A DNA stretch of 64,000 nt from Octopus vulgaris (lineage: Eukaryota), in the NCBI GenBank assembly GCA_951406725.2, contig OX597819.1, positions 24,242,001 to 24,306,000 of the forward strand, in the 5' to 3' direction. The notes under the pieces were generated by a model. The model did no database searches and was not told the DNA's origin. It was given only the letters and a program-made list of their open reading frames with translations. Shown here piece after piece: positions 1 through 11,653 of this stretch. How positions within the stretch are numbered: position 1 is the stretch's first letter; each line of letters opens with the position of its first letter. A program made the translations under genes and the position numbers.

Positions 1-80
1 ATCTTTTCAAGTGGCCAAATACACATATATATACATATAACAAATTCGTATTGGGTGTATTTATGTTACTATCTGTGTAT

Positions 81-138
81 ATTCCACTGATGAGGCAAAG
101 CATCTCTTATGCAGAGCCAGAAATCCGGGAGCTGGAAT
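81..138 (+). ncRNA. Hammerhead-ribozyme-like motif (type I, probably decayed PLE pLTR)
   Basis: ATTCCA(81-86)/TGGAAT(133-138) stem I; CTGATGA 87-93; GGC...GCC stem II with inner GCAT/ATGC; GAAA 120-123; TCCGGGAG palindrome-like stem III. There is an extra A before GAAA and the cleavage triplet is non-canonical. Confidence 0.5.
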
Positions 139-304
139 TATCCAGTAAGTTTTTGCTAGTTTATTTTGTCCTTTTGTCTTCTCTCCTGGTACAGTATGAA
201 CATTTAATGTGGTTTTAGAGTCAAGTTTTGGCTGCTACTTCCAGCGTGGTGGTATCTGTTAGATACTCCAAATTATAATATATGTACACAAACACACACA
301 CACG

Positions 305-391
<87 letters not shown>

Positions 392-534
392 ACACATATA
401 AATAGTGGGAAAGTAAAAAATTAAACACTGAAAATTTTCCGACGATGAATATTCAGATATTTATATATTAACAGACCACAGTTGTACAGAGTACAAAGAC
501 ATAGAGAAATAAAAGGGAGAAGGTATGGTGTTAC

Positions 535-665
535 CAGTCTGACAGCTGTTTCTGGGGGCTCGGTGTTACTTCCTTAATGTTGACATGTATACTCCACCAG
601 TATATGCAACCAGTAATGGGAGAAAATAAATATATGATAGATTCGGCATCCATCTTCAAGGTGGA
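535..665 (-). ncRNA. Decayed hammerhead-like motif with long stem II
   Basis: Minus strand reads TTGAAGA-TGG...~95 nt...CCA-GAAA-CAGCTG-TC. GAAA + palindromic CAGCTG + GTC is the typical minimal PLE hammerhead 3' half. The core has C>T and stem I is weak. Confidence 0.35.
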
Positions 666-800
666 GAGATAAAAATTTCTTTACCCCGCAGATTTGATCT
701 TCGTAAATGTTCCTGAGTGTCACTTCAAATCATTTGAGCGCTAGTAAATGCTTTCTATATTGAGAATCTCTGGATCATATCTGTAGACTCTGAGTCTCTC

Positions 801-888
<88 letters not shown>

Positions 889-895
<7 letters not shown>

Positions 896-1060
896 ATTTC
901 CCTTGTTTTTGCCAAATAAACACACACGCACTATATGTTTTTTCTTTGCTCGCTTATTACTGTACTTATTTTATTATTATCTGTGACCTCTTCAGCGACA
1001 CTTTTCGTTTTCGCGTGTGCTCTTGCTCCACTTATTCCATTCTTTTCTTCTAAGAAGTGT
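889..1060 (-). mobile_element. Fragment of a pLTR from a PLE family related to the 10.3-15.3 kb element
   Basis: gccaaataaacacacacgcactatatg (911-937) resembles gccaataaaaacacacgcactatata in the PLE inverted arm. Minus strand has CTGAAGA-GGTCACAG (981-995), versus CTGATGC-GGTCACAG in the PLE. Abuts (TA)n. Confidence 0.5.
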
Positions 1061-1528
1061 ATCCTTATGTGCGCATGCGTTTTCGTCCTTATGTGTTTGT
1101 GTCTGTGTATCTGTGTGTACGTGTGTCTGTCTTCGTTGTGTGTATGCTTGTGTGTGTGTGTGTGTATGTGTATCATAATGTGTGTCATATATAATCCCTA
1201 CCCATTACCAAAAGTTGAAAAGTTATCTCCCTTACCCACAACAATAACAATAATAACGACAACCAATCACCTCCCTTTATTTATCTACTTGTGAAGTCAT
1301 TCACGCGTGAATGTCATCACGCACAACATGGACCAATTTTCTTCTTAAGAAAAATATATATCCAAATAAGTAAAACATAATATCATGAATAGCGATAGCG
1401 AAACCGGTCGATATATCAAAAATTATATTAAAACTTTGTAAGTGTGCGTATTTTCCCTTTTTTAATTTCTTATATACATTATAACTCACCACGTGAGGAT
1501 AATCGAAATTCCTCTTTTCTGTTACTAC

Positions 1529-1581
<53 letters not shown>

Positions 1582-2269
1582 TGTGTGTATGTAGATATAT
1601 GCATATATGTGTATATAGGTATACCCACACACGCGTGCTCGCACATACAAACAGATATATATGTACATATGCAACCAGACTTGGAAAATAAGTACTGGAA
1701 TAAGACTGTTTGAAAAAATAGCTGTAGTTATGGTCGCAGTGTTGTGACTGAAACAGTTATAAGATAAAAGATTTCTATAGGCGAGGAGCAGACACTTGAG
1801 ACAGAAGAAGAGAAAAACAAATCAGATAATTTCAAAAAAAGATACACACACGCAAATACATACACACGCACATATACACACACGTGCACTAACATGCACT
1901 TATATACCCATCCTGTTTCTTTGCTGATGCATTTGTATCAGGAGAGCAGGGTTGCCTCCAGAAAATAATTCTAGGCGATTCCAGAGGTGACGTTGTACAC
2001 GTCTTAGTATAATTTAGCCTCCTCAGTGATGCATAAACTTCATCTCATAACGTTATGCTCTCAGTGTTTCAATAAGTACATAATGATGTTATTTATGTTC
2101 ACTCCAACTGCTAATCTTTCGAAAATTAAACGTGTTAGACGTATAAGGATTGCTCTTCCGATCCTTCGCTCTGATTATAATCTTTGATTCTTTAGAGGTA
2201 CGCTGTAATCTTTGGACAAGAAAGTTTCTTGTATGCTTTTATAGCCATGTTGATAAATATGAATACGGT

Positions 2270-2420
2270 TACGATAACGAGGATGACGCCGGCGAGGAAT
2301 AAGATGCTGCTACGGCTACTGATGATGATGTTGATGATGATGATGATGATGATGAAGATGATGATGATGATGATGATGATAACAATGAAAATGCTGATGA
2401 AGATGAGGATGATGATTAGG
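2270..2420. repeat. (GAT)n trinucleotide microsatellite
   Basis: Directly visible imperfect GAT array. Confidence 0.9.
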
Positions 2421-3036
2421 CGGCGAATTAGAAGAGGGAGGAAGAGCTAATTATGTAAATGATGCGGTAGTAGCAACCTTATTGACGTTGATGATGCCAA
2501 GATGGAGTGTGGTATCGATGTAAGCAGAACATGAAAACCTAGCTACGTTATCGCCAGAGGAACCCCCTCATCATTTCCTTAACTGTAGTTTGTGTAAGTG
2601 AGCGTAGAGATACTACAGTCATCCGCCATGATCTAATTTTCTTGATGGACGTTGTCCATAACAAAATTGGTTAACTACCGACAACATAATCATTAAGGTT
2701 CATGTAAAATTCTGTGCTGCTCAAATTGATTTTTATTGCCAGAATATTGCCAACTTAATCTGAGACCCGTCACTCAAATGCCATTGGTCACAGTGACTAT
2801 AAAATGTATTTAAAAAGTCAAGGTGGCTAACTGACTTTTTAAGATGGTTGTGTATAAGTTTGACTAGTGGTGATAATTACGGGAATGTTATGGTGACTAG
2901 CTGCAAGCTAATTGGCTGGCTGGCTGGCTGGCTAGGTGTGCTTCAGGAACCTATGATTCGTTGTTTTAATGATAGGGTGTTTTTCCCCTAATGCCTTAAC
3001 TAGAAAAGAAAAGGTAGTAGTGCCCATGACCTATAT

Positions 3037-3082
<46 letters not shown>

Positions 3083-3304
3083 ATGTGTGTGTACATATAT
3101 ATATATATCTGTATATCTATACACACATACACATATATATGTGCATGATGTATGTATGAATTTATGTATGTATGTATGTATGTATGTATGTATGTATGTA
3201 TGTATGTATGCATGCATGTATGTATGCATGCATGCATATATGCATGCACTGTCGTGTCGAAAAGTTTGGTCTGAAATTAGTATTTTTATATAAAATACCC
3301 TATA

Positions 3305-3481
3305 GGCGTAAGTGTGGCTATGTGGTAAGTAGCTTGCTTACGAACCACATGGTTACGGGTTCAGTCCTACTGCGTGGCACCTTGGGTAAGTGTCTTCTAC
3401 TATAGCCTCGGGCCGACCAAAGCCTTTTGAGTGGATTTGGTAGACGGAAACTGAAGGATGACCGTCGTATATATGTATATA

Positions 3482-3541
<60 letters not shown>

Positions 3542-3785
3542 GTATATATATGTGTGTGTGTGTTGTGTATGTTTGTGTGTCTGTGTTTGTTCCCCCAACA
3601 TCGCTTGACAACCGATGCTAGTGTGTTTACGTCCCCGTAACATAGCGGTTCGGCAAAAGATACCGATCGAATACGTACTAGGATTGCAAAGAATAAGACC
3701 CGGTGTCGATTTGCTCGACAAAAGGCGGTGCTCAGGCATGGCCGCAGTCAAATGACTGAAACAAATAAAAGAGTAAAAGAGTAAA
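3305..3785 (+). mobile_element. tRNA-derived SINE family A (internal microsatellite), full length
   Basis: A-box-like TGGCTATGTGG and B-box-like GGTTCAGTCC, conserved body, central (TA)n(TG)n, conserved 3' half ending in (GTAAAAGA)n. More than 10 copies in the window. Confidence 0.85.
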
Positions 3786-4099
3786 TGTATACGTTCTATA
3801 AATTTGGATCTAATTGTACTTGGTCAATAACAGTTTTAATTTTTAAAAATATGTTTCAAACTTTTAACCACGACTGTATGCATGTATACAAATCCACACG
3901 TCCAAGTTACCAGCCCCTATCCACACTCACACACCTATACACTATCACAAACACATACGCACACGCACCTTCGTTTTGGGATCACCAGTACTTTATTATC
4001 TCCTCTTCTCCCTAGCCCTCCTGTCCAACTACACATTTCCAACCAGTCGCCATGATTGACCGCCGAATCTGCAAGAATTTTAAACATTTTCTTTCTGTT

Positions 4100-4240
4100 T
4101 ATTTCCTTCTACTCCTTTCTGTTGAAGAGCGTAGGCTCGAAACATAAAAGACTTTCTTACCTTCCCGAGTGTCAAACTAATATACCTGCTTGTTGTTTAT
4201 ACTGTCTTCGTCCTTTGGTTTTCTGTAAATTTCAACTATA
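4100..4240 (+). mobile_element. PLE-type 3' relic with hammerhead-like motif
   Basis: CTGTTGA-A-GAGC(GTAG)GCTC-GAAA-C at 4119-4143. Same architecture and downstream ...aaactaata... motif as 31948-32010. Confidence 0.4.
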
Positions 4241-4299
4241 TATATATATATATATATATATACATACGTACATAGATATATATAATGTATGTACATGTA

Positions 4300-4362
<63 letters not shown>

Positions 4363-4964
4363 GTTTGTATGTATTTGATTGTTCAGTTTTATTTCAAACT
4401 TTCTTGGTCAATAGAGCCGGTTTCTAGCCTAGATCCAGCGCTCTTTCATTGGAATTTCAACATCAACAACGAGGTACTTATGCATGTATGTATGTATGTA
4501 TGTATGTATGTATGTATGTATGTATGTATATGTGCAAATTTCTGTTTTGCTTTATGTAAGTATTTTCATGCATATAGTTGCTAATCTAAATATCCTCATA
4601 TATATTTAAATGCTAAGCTTCCAGAAAGTTTTACAGATTTTTAGTTTCAGTGATAGATTGGATCTGTTTTATTCTGACGCTCAAATAATTTTGCTAACTC
4701 GCTCTGAATTTGGTGAAATAGTAAAATATATGATGATTTTTTTTTTCATTACTCATTTTTTCCTTTACTCGGCACGGAACTACATTAAAAGAGAAATAGT
4801 GACGCTTTGATTGAGGTTTTGTGCGTAAGACTTTCACTGAAGCAGTTAGAAATAATTATAAGGAAAGGTTAGAAATAGCAACCAATGTCCATTAAATCAC
4901 ATTACTTAAGCTCTTCAAAAGCAGAAAATGGAATGTCTACGTCAATAATGCCATCACCAATGGT

Positions 4965-5400
4965 CATCGTTGTCATCGTCGTTGTCATTACCACCACCAC
5001 CATCACCACCACCACCAACAACAACAACATCAACACCACCAACAACAACAACAACACCAACACCACTAACACCACCACCACCACCACCACCATCACCACC
5101 ACCACCGCCGCCACCACTACCACCACCACCACCACCACCATCACCGCTACCACCACCGCCACCGCTACAACCACCACCACCACCACTACCACCACCACCA
5201 CCACCACCACCGCCGCCGCTACCACTACCACCACCACTACCACCACCACCACCACCACCACCACCATCACCGTTACAACCATCGACGTCGTCACCATCAC
5301 CACCACCACCACTAATAATAACATCAGCAATGCAAACATCGACACTATCAACACCACCACTGTCATCATCATCATCATCATCATTATCATCATCATCGTT
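4965..5400. repeat. Compound (ACC)n/(AAC)n/(ATC)n trinucleotide array
   Basis: Directly visible; explains the poly-T/P/V/G ORFs in the track. Confidence 0.95.
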
Positions 5401-5537
5401 TTCATCGTTGGCTACAATTTGCGTCGGCACACCGATGAGAGATGTAGTTGTAGATAACGACGATGACGAGATTGCAGGTCTTTCTTGATCAAAGGTGACC
5501 AGGAAATAAACAATGAAAATAACAAAATAAATACGTT

Positions 5538-5698
5538 TGGCTGTGTGGTAAGTAGCTTGCTAACCAGCCACATGGTTCCGGGTTCAGTCCCACTGCGTGG
5601 CATCTTAGGCAAGTGTCTTCTGCTATAGCCCCGGGCCGACCAATGCCTTGTGAGTGGATTTGGTAGATGGAAACTGAAAGAAGCCTGTCGTATATATG

Positions 5699-5731
<33 letters not shown>

Positions 5732-5941
5732 TTGTGTGTCTGTGTTTGTCCCCCTAGCATTGCTTGACAACCAATACTGGTGTGTTTATGTCCCCGTCAC
5801 TTAGCGGTTCGGCAACAGAGGCCGATAGAATAAGTACTGGGCTTACAAAGAATAAGTTCCGGGGTCGATTTGCTCGGCTAAAGGCGGTGCTCCAGCATGG
5901 CCGCAGTCAAATGACTGAAACAAGTAAAAGAATAAAAGAGT
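5538..5941 (+). mobile_element. SINE family A copy
   Basis: Colinear with 3305-3785 over head, body, microsatellite and tail. Confidence 0.85.
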
Positions 5942-6614
5942 ATATCTCTATGTACAACGGTTCGTGGTTTAAGAGGTCAGAGCGTTGTACTCATGATCGT
6001 AAAATTGTGATTTCCATTCCTTGTTAGCACTTGGATCGACTTGTTCGACTAAACCCTCCAAGGCAGTGCTCTAGCATGGCCGTTGTCTAATAACTGAAAC
6101 AAGTAGATGATAAAAGATCGAATGTGATGGATCTCCGCCACAATTGACGTGGAGGATTCAGTTGTCTATTCGTTGAATTAGCGCATATGGTTGAGTCTTT
6201 CTCCTCAGACACGTGTCCTCTTGATATATTTCTCGGGTAGGGTGAACGTGACACAGTGTATACAAGGCTGTACCTTTTGAGTGACAGACAAATAAGTGTA
6301 AAGTAAGAATTGGTGTTTAAATCGGTGGAACACATTCTAAAGAGGAGTATGTTTATCTTCGATAAATCATTAAAGATCTTTATACATTCTCTTGAAGACA
6401 ATGTTTGGTAATCAGAAGAGTTGAAGAAAATCGGTTTTGTTTAATGCATTTCGGCGCCTATCAGTACTCATATCTTCTAGAGTGTCAATCTCAGTTCAAT
6501 GTCCTACTTTCAAATATGTCTATAACAAAACAACATTTGCTGTTAAGCAAATGTATAAATATTGGCCTATGCGCGCACACAAACGCTCACACGCATGCAA
6601 GACAAAGACGCACG

Positions 6615-6688
<74 letters not shown>

Positions 6689-6992
6689 TACATGCACAAA
6701 CACGCTCGCAAGTATTAATGTTGAAATTGCGTCTCAGATGCTTTCCCCAGTTTAATTCTCACATCTATTCTTTTCAGTTAGATATGCACGTGAGTTAGTA
6801 GTTAAGGCGTTTGGATCATAACCGTAAAGGTTGTGGGTTCGATGTATGGACCAGGTGTCACGTTATGTTCTTCAGCAAGTCATTTCGTTTCACATTGAAA
6901 ATTAATATCATTTTCAGTATTAGCCGAGCCTTCGCGCAGCTCTTTCTCAATCCATCTCTCACATCCAGAATGTTCCGCTGGGTCAACGGCTG

Positions 6993-7027
<35 letters not shown>

Positions 7028-7303
7028 GAAGAGAGAGGGAGAGAGAAAGTGTGTGTGTGCTTATATCTGTTCGCGATTAAATTGGCGCCTAGAACAATTC
7101 CTTGTAAAAAGTGGCAGGCTGTATATGTTTGGGGTTTGTAGCTAATCTAATAGTAGGCTTGCAAAGAATACGTCCGGAGGACTGCTGCAATAAGTGCGTG
7201 AATCCGAGGTGAAATGACAAATGATATTTTCATTTCAAATATACATAAATACACACACGCACACACACGCACACAGTATATGTGAACAACGATTAACTTT
7301 ATT

Positions 7304-7524
7304 ATACCAGAGAGTGTTGAAAAGCTCTTGGCTTTAGGGGCATCGCGAAAGGCCTGGTTGGAGGCCTAACGCGTTCGAGTTAATAGACAGGACTTAGAAA
7401 AACTGAAGGACTGCTGCAATAAGTGCGTGAATCCGAGACGATATGTTGAATAAAATCCTTATTAACTGACCTTTCTGCATTTTCTTTTCCCCAAAGCCAG
7501 GAACATTTCAGAACCACATTCATA
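7304..7524. mobile_element. Decayed Tc1/mariner-type MITE
   Basis: Imperfect TIRs: ta-ccagagagtgttgaaaagctcttggcttt on the left versus aaagccaggaacatttcagaaccacattca-ta on the right; TA flanks. Confidence 0.5.
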
Positions 7525-7998
7525 TATGTCAAACAAGGATCAGTACTAAAAAGACTTCCGTCGTTATCGACGATGCGCATCTAGTTATTTGTTCGCTGAC
7601 TTAGTATTATACCAGGGAGTATTGTAGGTGGCCGAGTATTCCACTGGTACTTGTATTCTCAATATATTTGCTAAAAGAGTAACAGAAAAGCTGCAATACT
7701 TGACAAGGATCTTTAACTACAGGGAAAATCATCCAACGGGTTCAAGCCCACAGTTTACAGTATCATTTCGTGTAAACCTTTTAAATAAATGGTGAAATGA
7801 AAAATGATATTTTCATTTGAAATATACATAAATACATACATGTATACATAAATACACACATACACGCATACATACACACATACAAACACACACATATATA
7901 TAGAGAGAATCGATATGAGAAGTGAGGTGACAGAGTAGAGTTAGCCATGCGATTGGTGAAGAGCTTAACGTGAGATATGTTAGAATCTTCCACACCCT

Positions 7999-8069
<71 letters not shown>

Positions 8070-8075
8070 TGTATG

Positions 8076-8130
<55 letters not shown>

Positions 8131-8505
8131 TCTATAATTATAAGCATAATTATAATTATGGTTTAGCAAATTGCTTCACCACATACCGATATTTAGAAAT
8201 AGCAGTTAAATACTATTCCTCTACCATAAGACATCTCCCAGACTGCAATAATCTTAATTCACGTAGGTAAAGAGAAAAAAATTACGAATCCACCCGGCTT
8301 TGATCAACCACATACACGTTTCTGGATTAAAGAGATATAAAAATTTTTTATTTTAACTCACTTATTTCAGTCTTCAGTGTAGAGTATTTCAATCGTAAAT
8401 TTGTGAGTGTTAATAATTAAATATCTCATCGACCAAGCGACATCGAATAGCGAATATCCAAAAACCAGGACTTCCGAATATATATAAGTATGATGTATAT
8501 ATATA

Positions 8506-10169
8506 TCTCTTATTATAAAAGGCAGATTTTATCTGCCTCCCTTTGTAACTTATAGAAATCTACAATATAGGATTTCTTCAATTACAATTTACCTAGCATT
8601 TTTAAGAGTAGAATGCATCGGGTCATGCCAGGTCCAGTTTTTAAAATTTAAACTCCAATTAAGCAAAATTTACAGAAAACTCACATTCTGGTGTGTATGT
8701 CAAATGCTTTTCTTAATGTGGTTTACACCACACGCACACGCACACACACAGTGTGCAACGAATAAAATGAAAGTAAATAGCGACAGAGTGATTTGAGGAA
8801 GACTAAACTGAAAGTATTTAAACCACTACTCAAAAAATAAAAAAACACAGCAAACAGAAACAAATAAATACATAACGATTTACTCCTCACACAATTTCTT
8901 CAATTAGAGTTTACCTAAGATTTTTCAAAGTACTCCATTCGGTCATGCCATAATATATTTCTTTCAATTTCACCCCCAATTAAGACAAAATTCGAGAAAA
9001 CTCAATATTTTAACATTTCACTACGAAAGCATTGATGTACATGTGTGCGTGCGTGAGTGTGTGTGTGTGTGTGTGTGTGTTTGATGGGTTGTGCGACACA
9101 GAAAGTGTGGTGTGTAAGTGAAGTGCTTTTGTTAGTGTGTGTAAAGAGACAGACAGAGTGAAAGACAGAAATAACTGAACTTTTTTTATTCACTTTTTGT
9201 AGTGAGTGACTGAGAGAGAAAAGAGAGAGAGAGGTTATGTATGTATATATGTATGTATGGCTTCAGTGACACACACACACAAAAACACATACCTACGTAC
9301 ACCTAAAGCACGCACACACACACACACAAGCGGAGCGCGAACTTCAAAATTTTGGTAGTATTAATTTGCGAGCGTACTTCTAAGCGCGCGTAATTGAAAG
9401 TTTTCACTATGATATCATCACGTGCGAAAAAATTCGAAGGGTTTTGAACAATTGAGATACAGATGTCACGCCTGTATTGAAACCATTGCTAAGCTGCCGT
9501 AATTGCTTAATTAAGACGTTGTTTAAATTGAAAGGGGCAAATATGTGACGAGGTTGAAAAAAATACCCCAGAAGAAAAAATGTACTGCTGGTATTTATAT
9601 TATTCACTACTATTTTGCTACAATGTCATGAAAAAGAAAAAATTTAGGTATGTAAATCGAATTCGGCACCCCCTTTTCCCCGTTCGAATTTGTGTAAAAA
9701 AAATTATTATTTAAGTTTTAAAAATTATTTACTTTGTTCAAAAAATATTAATATTAATTAATTTTCAAGAATTATTTAATTTTATTCTGTAAAATAGTAA
9801 TTAATTCATTTATCTGTAAATCCGCGAGGTTGTTACTCAGGCACCTAGAATGGTAACCTTCAACTAACACTATCTCCTCCGAGACCCTGCGGCGCAAGTT
9901 GACCAAAATTGAGAGTATGGTAGAAGAAGGGTTGCTCTTCCTTCCGTAGGACATAAAATTCAAATCGGACCATGTTAACACCAAAAATTATTTACATCAA
10001 AAAGATGCTTTTTTCTATGAAAATCCCTATTTTTTACGATTTTTTCACTGCTGTGTCGCCACTTTTCGGTGTATTTCGACTAGAAAAATGTTCACACAAT
10101 TTTAACTTTTCAAAATTACAACTCCAGCGGGTCGAAACAAACCCGAGCAACGCCGGGCGATACTGCTAG
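8506..10169 (+). mobile_element. Non-autonomous Helitron
   Basis: Starts TC (TCTCTTATTATAAAAG) after A; ends with hairpin CCCG-AGCAACGC-CGGG then CTAG before T. No coding capacity. Diverged internal duplication (~8570-8690 versus ~8890-9010). Confidence 0.75.
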
Positions 10170-10187
10170 TATATATATATATATAAG

Positions 10188-10240
<53 letters not shown>

Positions 10241-10262
10241 GATATATATATATATATATATA

Positions 10263-10787
10263 TAGTACGTTTAAATATTTGTTGTGCAAGATTTTTTATG
10301 TGAAGTCGTGTGTTGAAACAGATATTGTTATATTTCGGAATGGTCATATTGCCAGTTTAGCCAATAAAAACACACGCACTATATATTTGGTGTTATTTTG
10401 CTTCAGTGATATTTATTTTTTACATTAATCTTAATCTTATTTCGGCCAAAGTTCTTTCGTCACACTCCTGTGACCGCATGCGCAAATGAAGACATACAAT
10501 AGAAATACAAAATGGCTGACGGTTAGTAAGGAGAGACACAAGTAAGTGAGAAGAAAACAAAGGACCACTGATGCGGTCACAGGAGTGTGACGAAAGAACT
10601 TTGGCCGAAATAAGATTAAGATTAATGTAAAAAATAAATATCACTGAAGCAAAATAACACCAAATATATAGTGCGTGTGTTTTTATTGGCTAAACTGGCA
10701 ATATGACCATTCCGAAATATACCAATATCTGTTTCAACACACGACTTCACATAAAAAATCTTGCACAACAAATATTTAAACGTACTA
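10263..10787. repeat. Inverted repeat at the PLE 5' end (arms 10263-10479 and 10571-10787, 91-bp spacer)
   Basis: Arms are reverse complements with one mismatch seen; 4-bp GCAT microhomology at the inversion junction (10476-10479). Confidence 0.95.
10562..10610 (+). ncRNA. Candidate variant hammerhead motif in the 5' pLTR
   Basis: GGACCA-CTGATGC-G-GTCAC(AGGAGT)GTGAC-GAAA-GAACTT-TGGCC-GAAA; core has C instead of A9. Identical copy at 15101-15149. Confidence 0.45.
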
Positions 10788-11653
10788 ACGTGAGCCACAG
10801 CCAGGCTTGCAAGATGCTGAAGAACACTATATTTTGTTGCCTAAAGAAAACTGTGACAACGCAACAGCTTCGTTTTATAAAAAAATGTGTCTCGTCCAGG
10901 ATATGTATCAACAAGGTCACAGCCAACGTTAAACGGCTTGACCTCACTAACGGACAAGCGGAAAGACTAAAAAGGACGCTAATGGTAAATATTAGAAATA
11001 GAATATACAGAGAGCTGAGCGAACAAGAGAAGCGTAAACGTATATTTTTAAAAGAAATTAAAAGTATCACCACACGAAAGGAGAAAACCTTAATAATGGA
11101 TATAATATATGAAGAAAACAGACATGTAATACACCAATGCAATATCCATTTTAAGAGGAAGTTATCGTGGTTGAAACAGAAACGTCAATATGAGCACGCA
11201 AAGGAAGAAAAGCAGAAGTATCCAGATACAATAAATGGAATTATTATGGAAGATGTGCTACTACCAGAAGAGTTCAATAAAGACAATGAAGCGAACATCT
11301 ATGGGGGAGTAACAACGGACCCAGATGAAATATCGATACTTCAACTACCACCAAAGTATGCAGTGTATAGTAAAGTGAATACCATCAAATGCCTGTCCGA
11401 GATTGAAAAGTCGTTCACAAAAATACGTTGGAATTTAAATAGATACTATGACAACAACACTTGCGACAACAACAACAACGCGAAAAACACTAACCGCAGC
11501 AACAACAACACAAACAATAATGACCGCAACAATAACAACCGTAGCAACAAAAGCAACACGAACCCTAACAGCGGCAACAACAACAACACGAACCCTAACA
11601 GCGACAACAACAATAACAATAGAAAAAAATGTATGCATAGACACAAACAATAG
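10703..11653 (+). CDS. PLE N-terminal ORF (316 aa), basic/helical region running into an Asn-rich tract
   Basis: ATG lies inside the pLTR and is repeated at 15242. Contains the LQLPPKYAVY...EIEKSFTKIRW segment typical of PLE N-termini. Overlaps the RT ORF in a different frame. Confidence 0.75.
   Translation: MTIPKYTNICFNTRLHIKNLAQQIFKRTNVSHSQACKMLKNTIFCCLKKTVTTQQLRFIKKCVSSRICINKVTANVKRLDLTNGQAERLKRTLMVNIRNRIYRELSEQEKRKRIFLKEIKSITTRKEKTLIMDIIYEENRHVIHQCNIHFKRKLSWLKQKRQYEHAKEEKQKYPDTINGIIMEDVLLPEEFNKDNEANIYGGVTTDPDEISILQLPPKYAVYSKVNTIKCLSEIEKSFTKIRWNLNRYYDNNTCDNNNNAKNTNRSNNNTNNNDRNNNNRSNKSNTNPNSGNNNNTNPNSDNNNNNRKKCMHRHKQ

Noticed and set aside
4885-5488. Mucin-like, poly-Pro or Gly-rich ORFs
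   Set aside because: Trinucleotide array open in most frames on both strands; no splice or domain evidence.
6087-6470. 104-aa minus-strand ORF
   Set aside because: No recognisable domain; the end runs into a SINE A tail fragment.
11560-11600. AACCCTAAC telomere-like motifs in the PLE insert
   Set aside because: Only two copies, produced by a 30-bp duplication in AAC-rich sequence; expected by chance.
11623-11630. Classical -1 ribosomal frameshift at the A7 run
   Set aside because: The RT ORF is in the +1 frame relative to ORF1, so a -1 shift would not join them.
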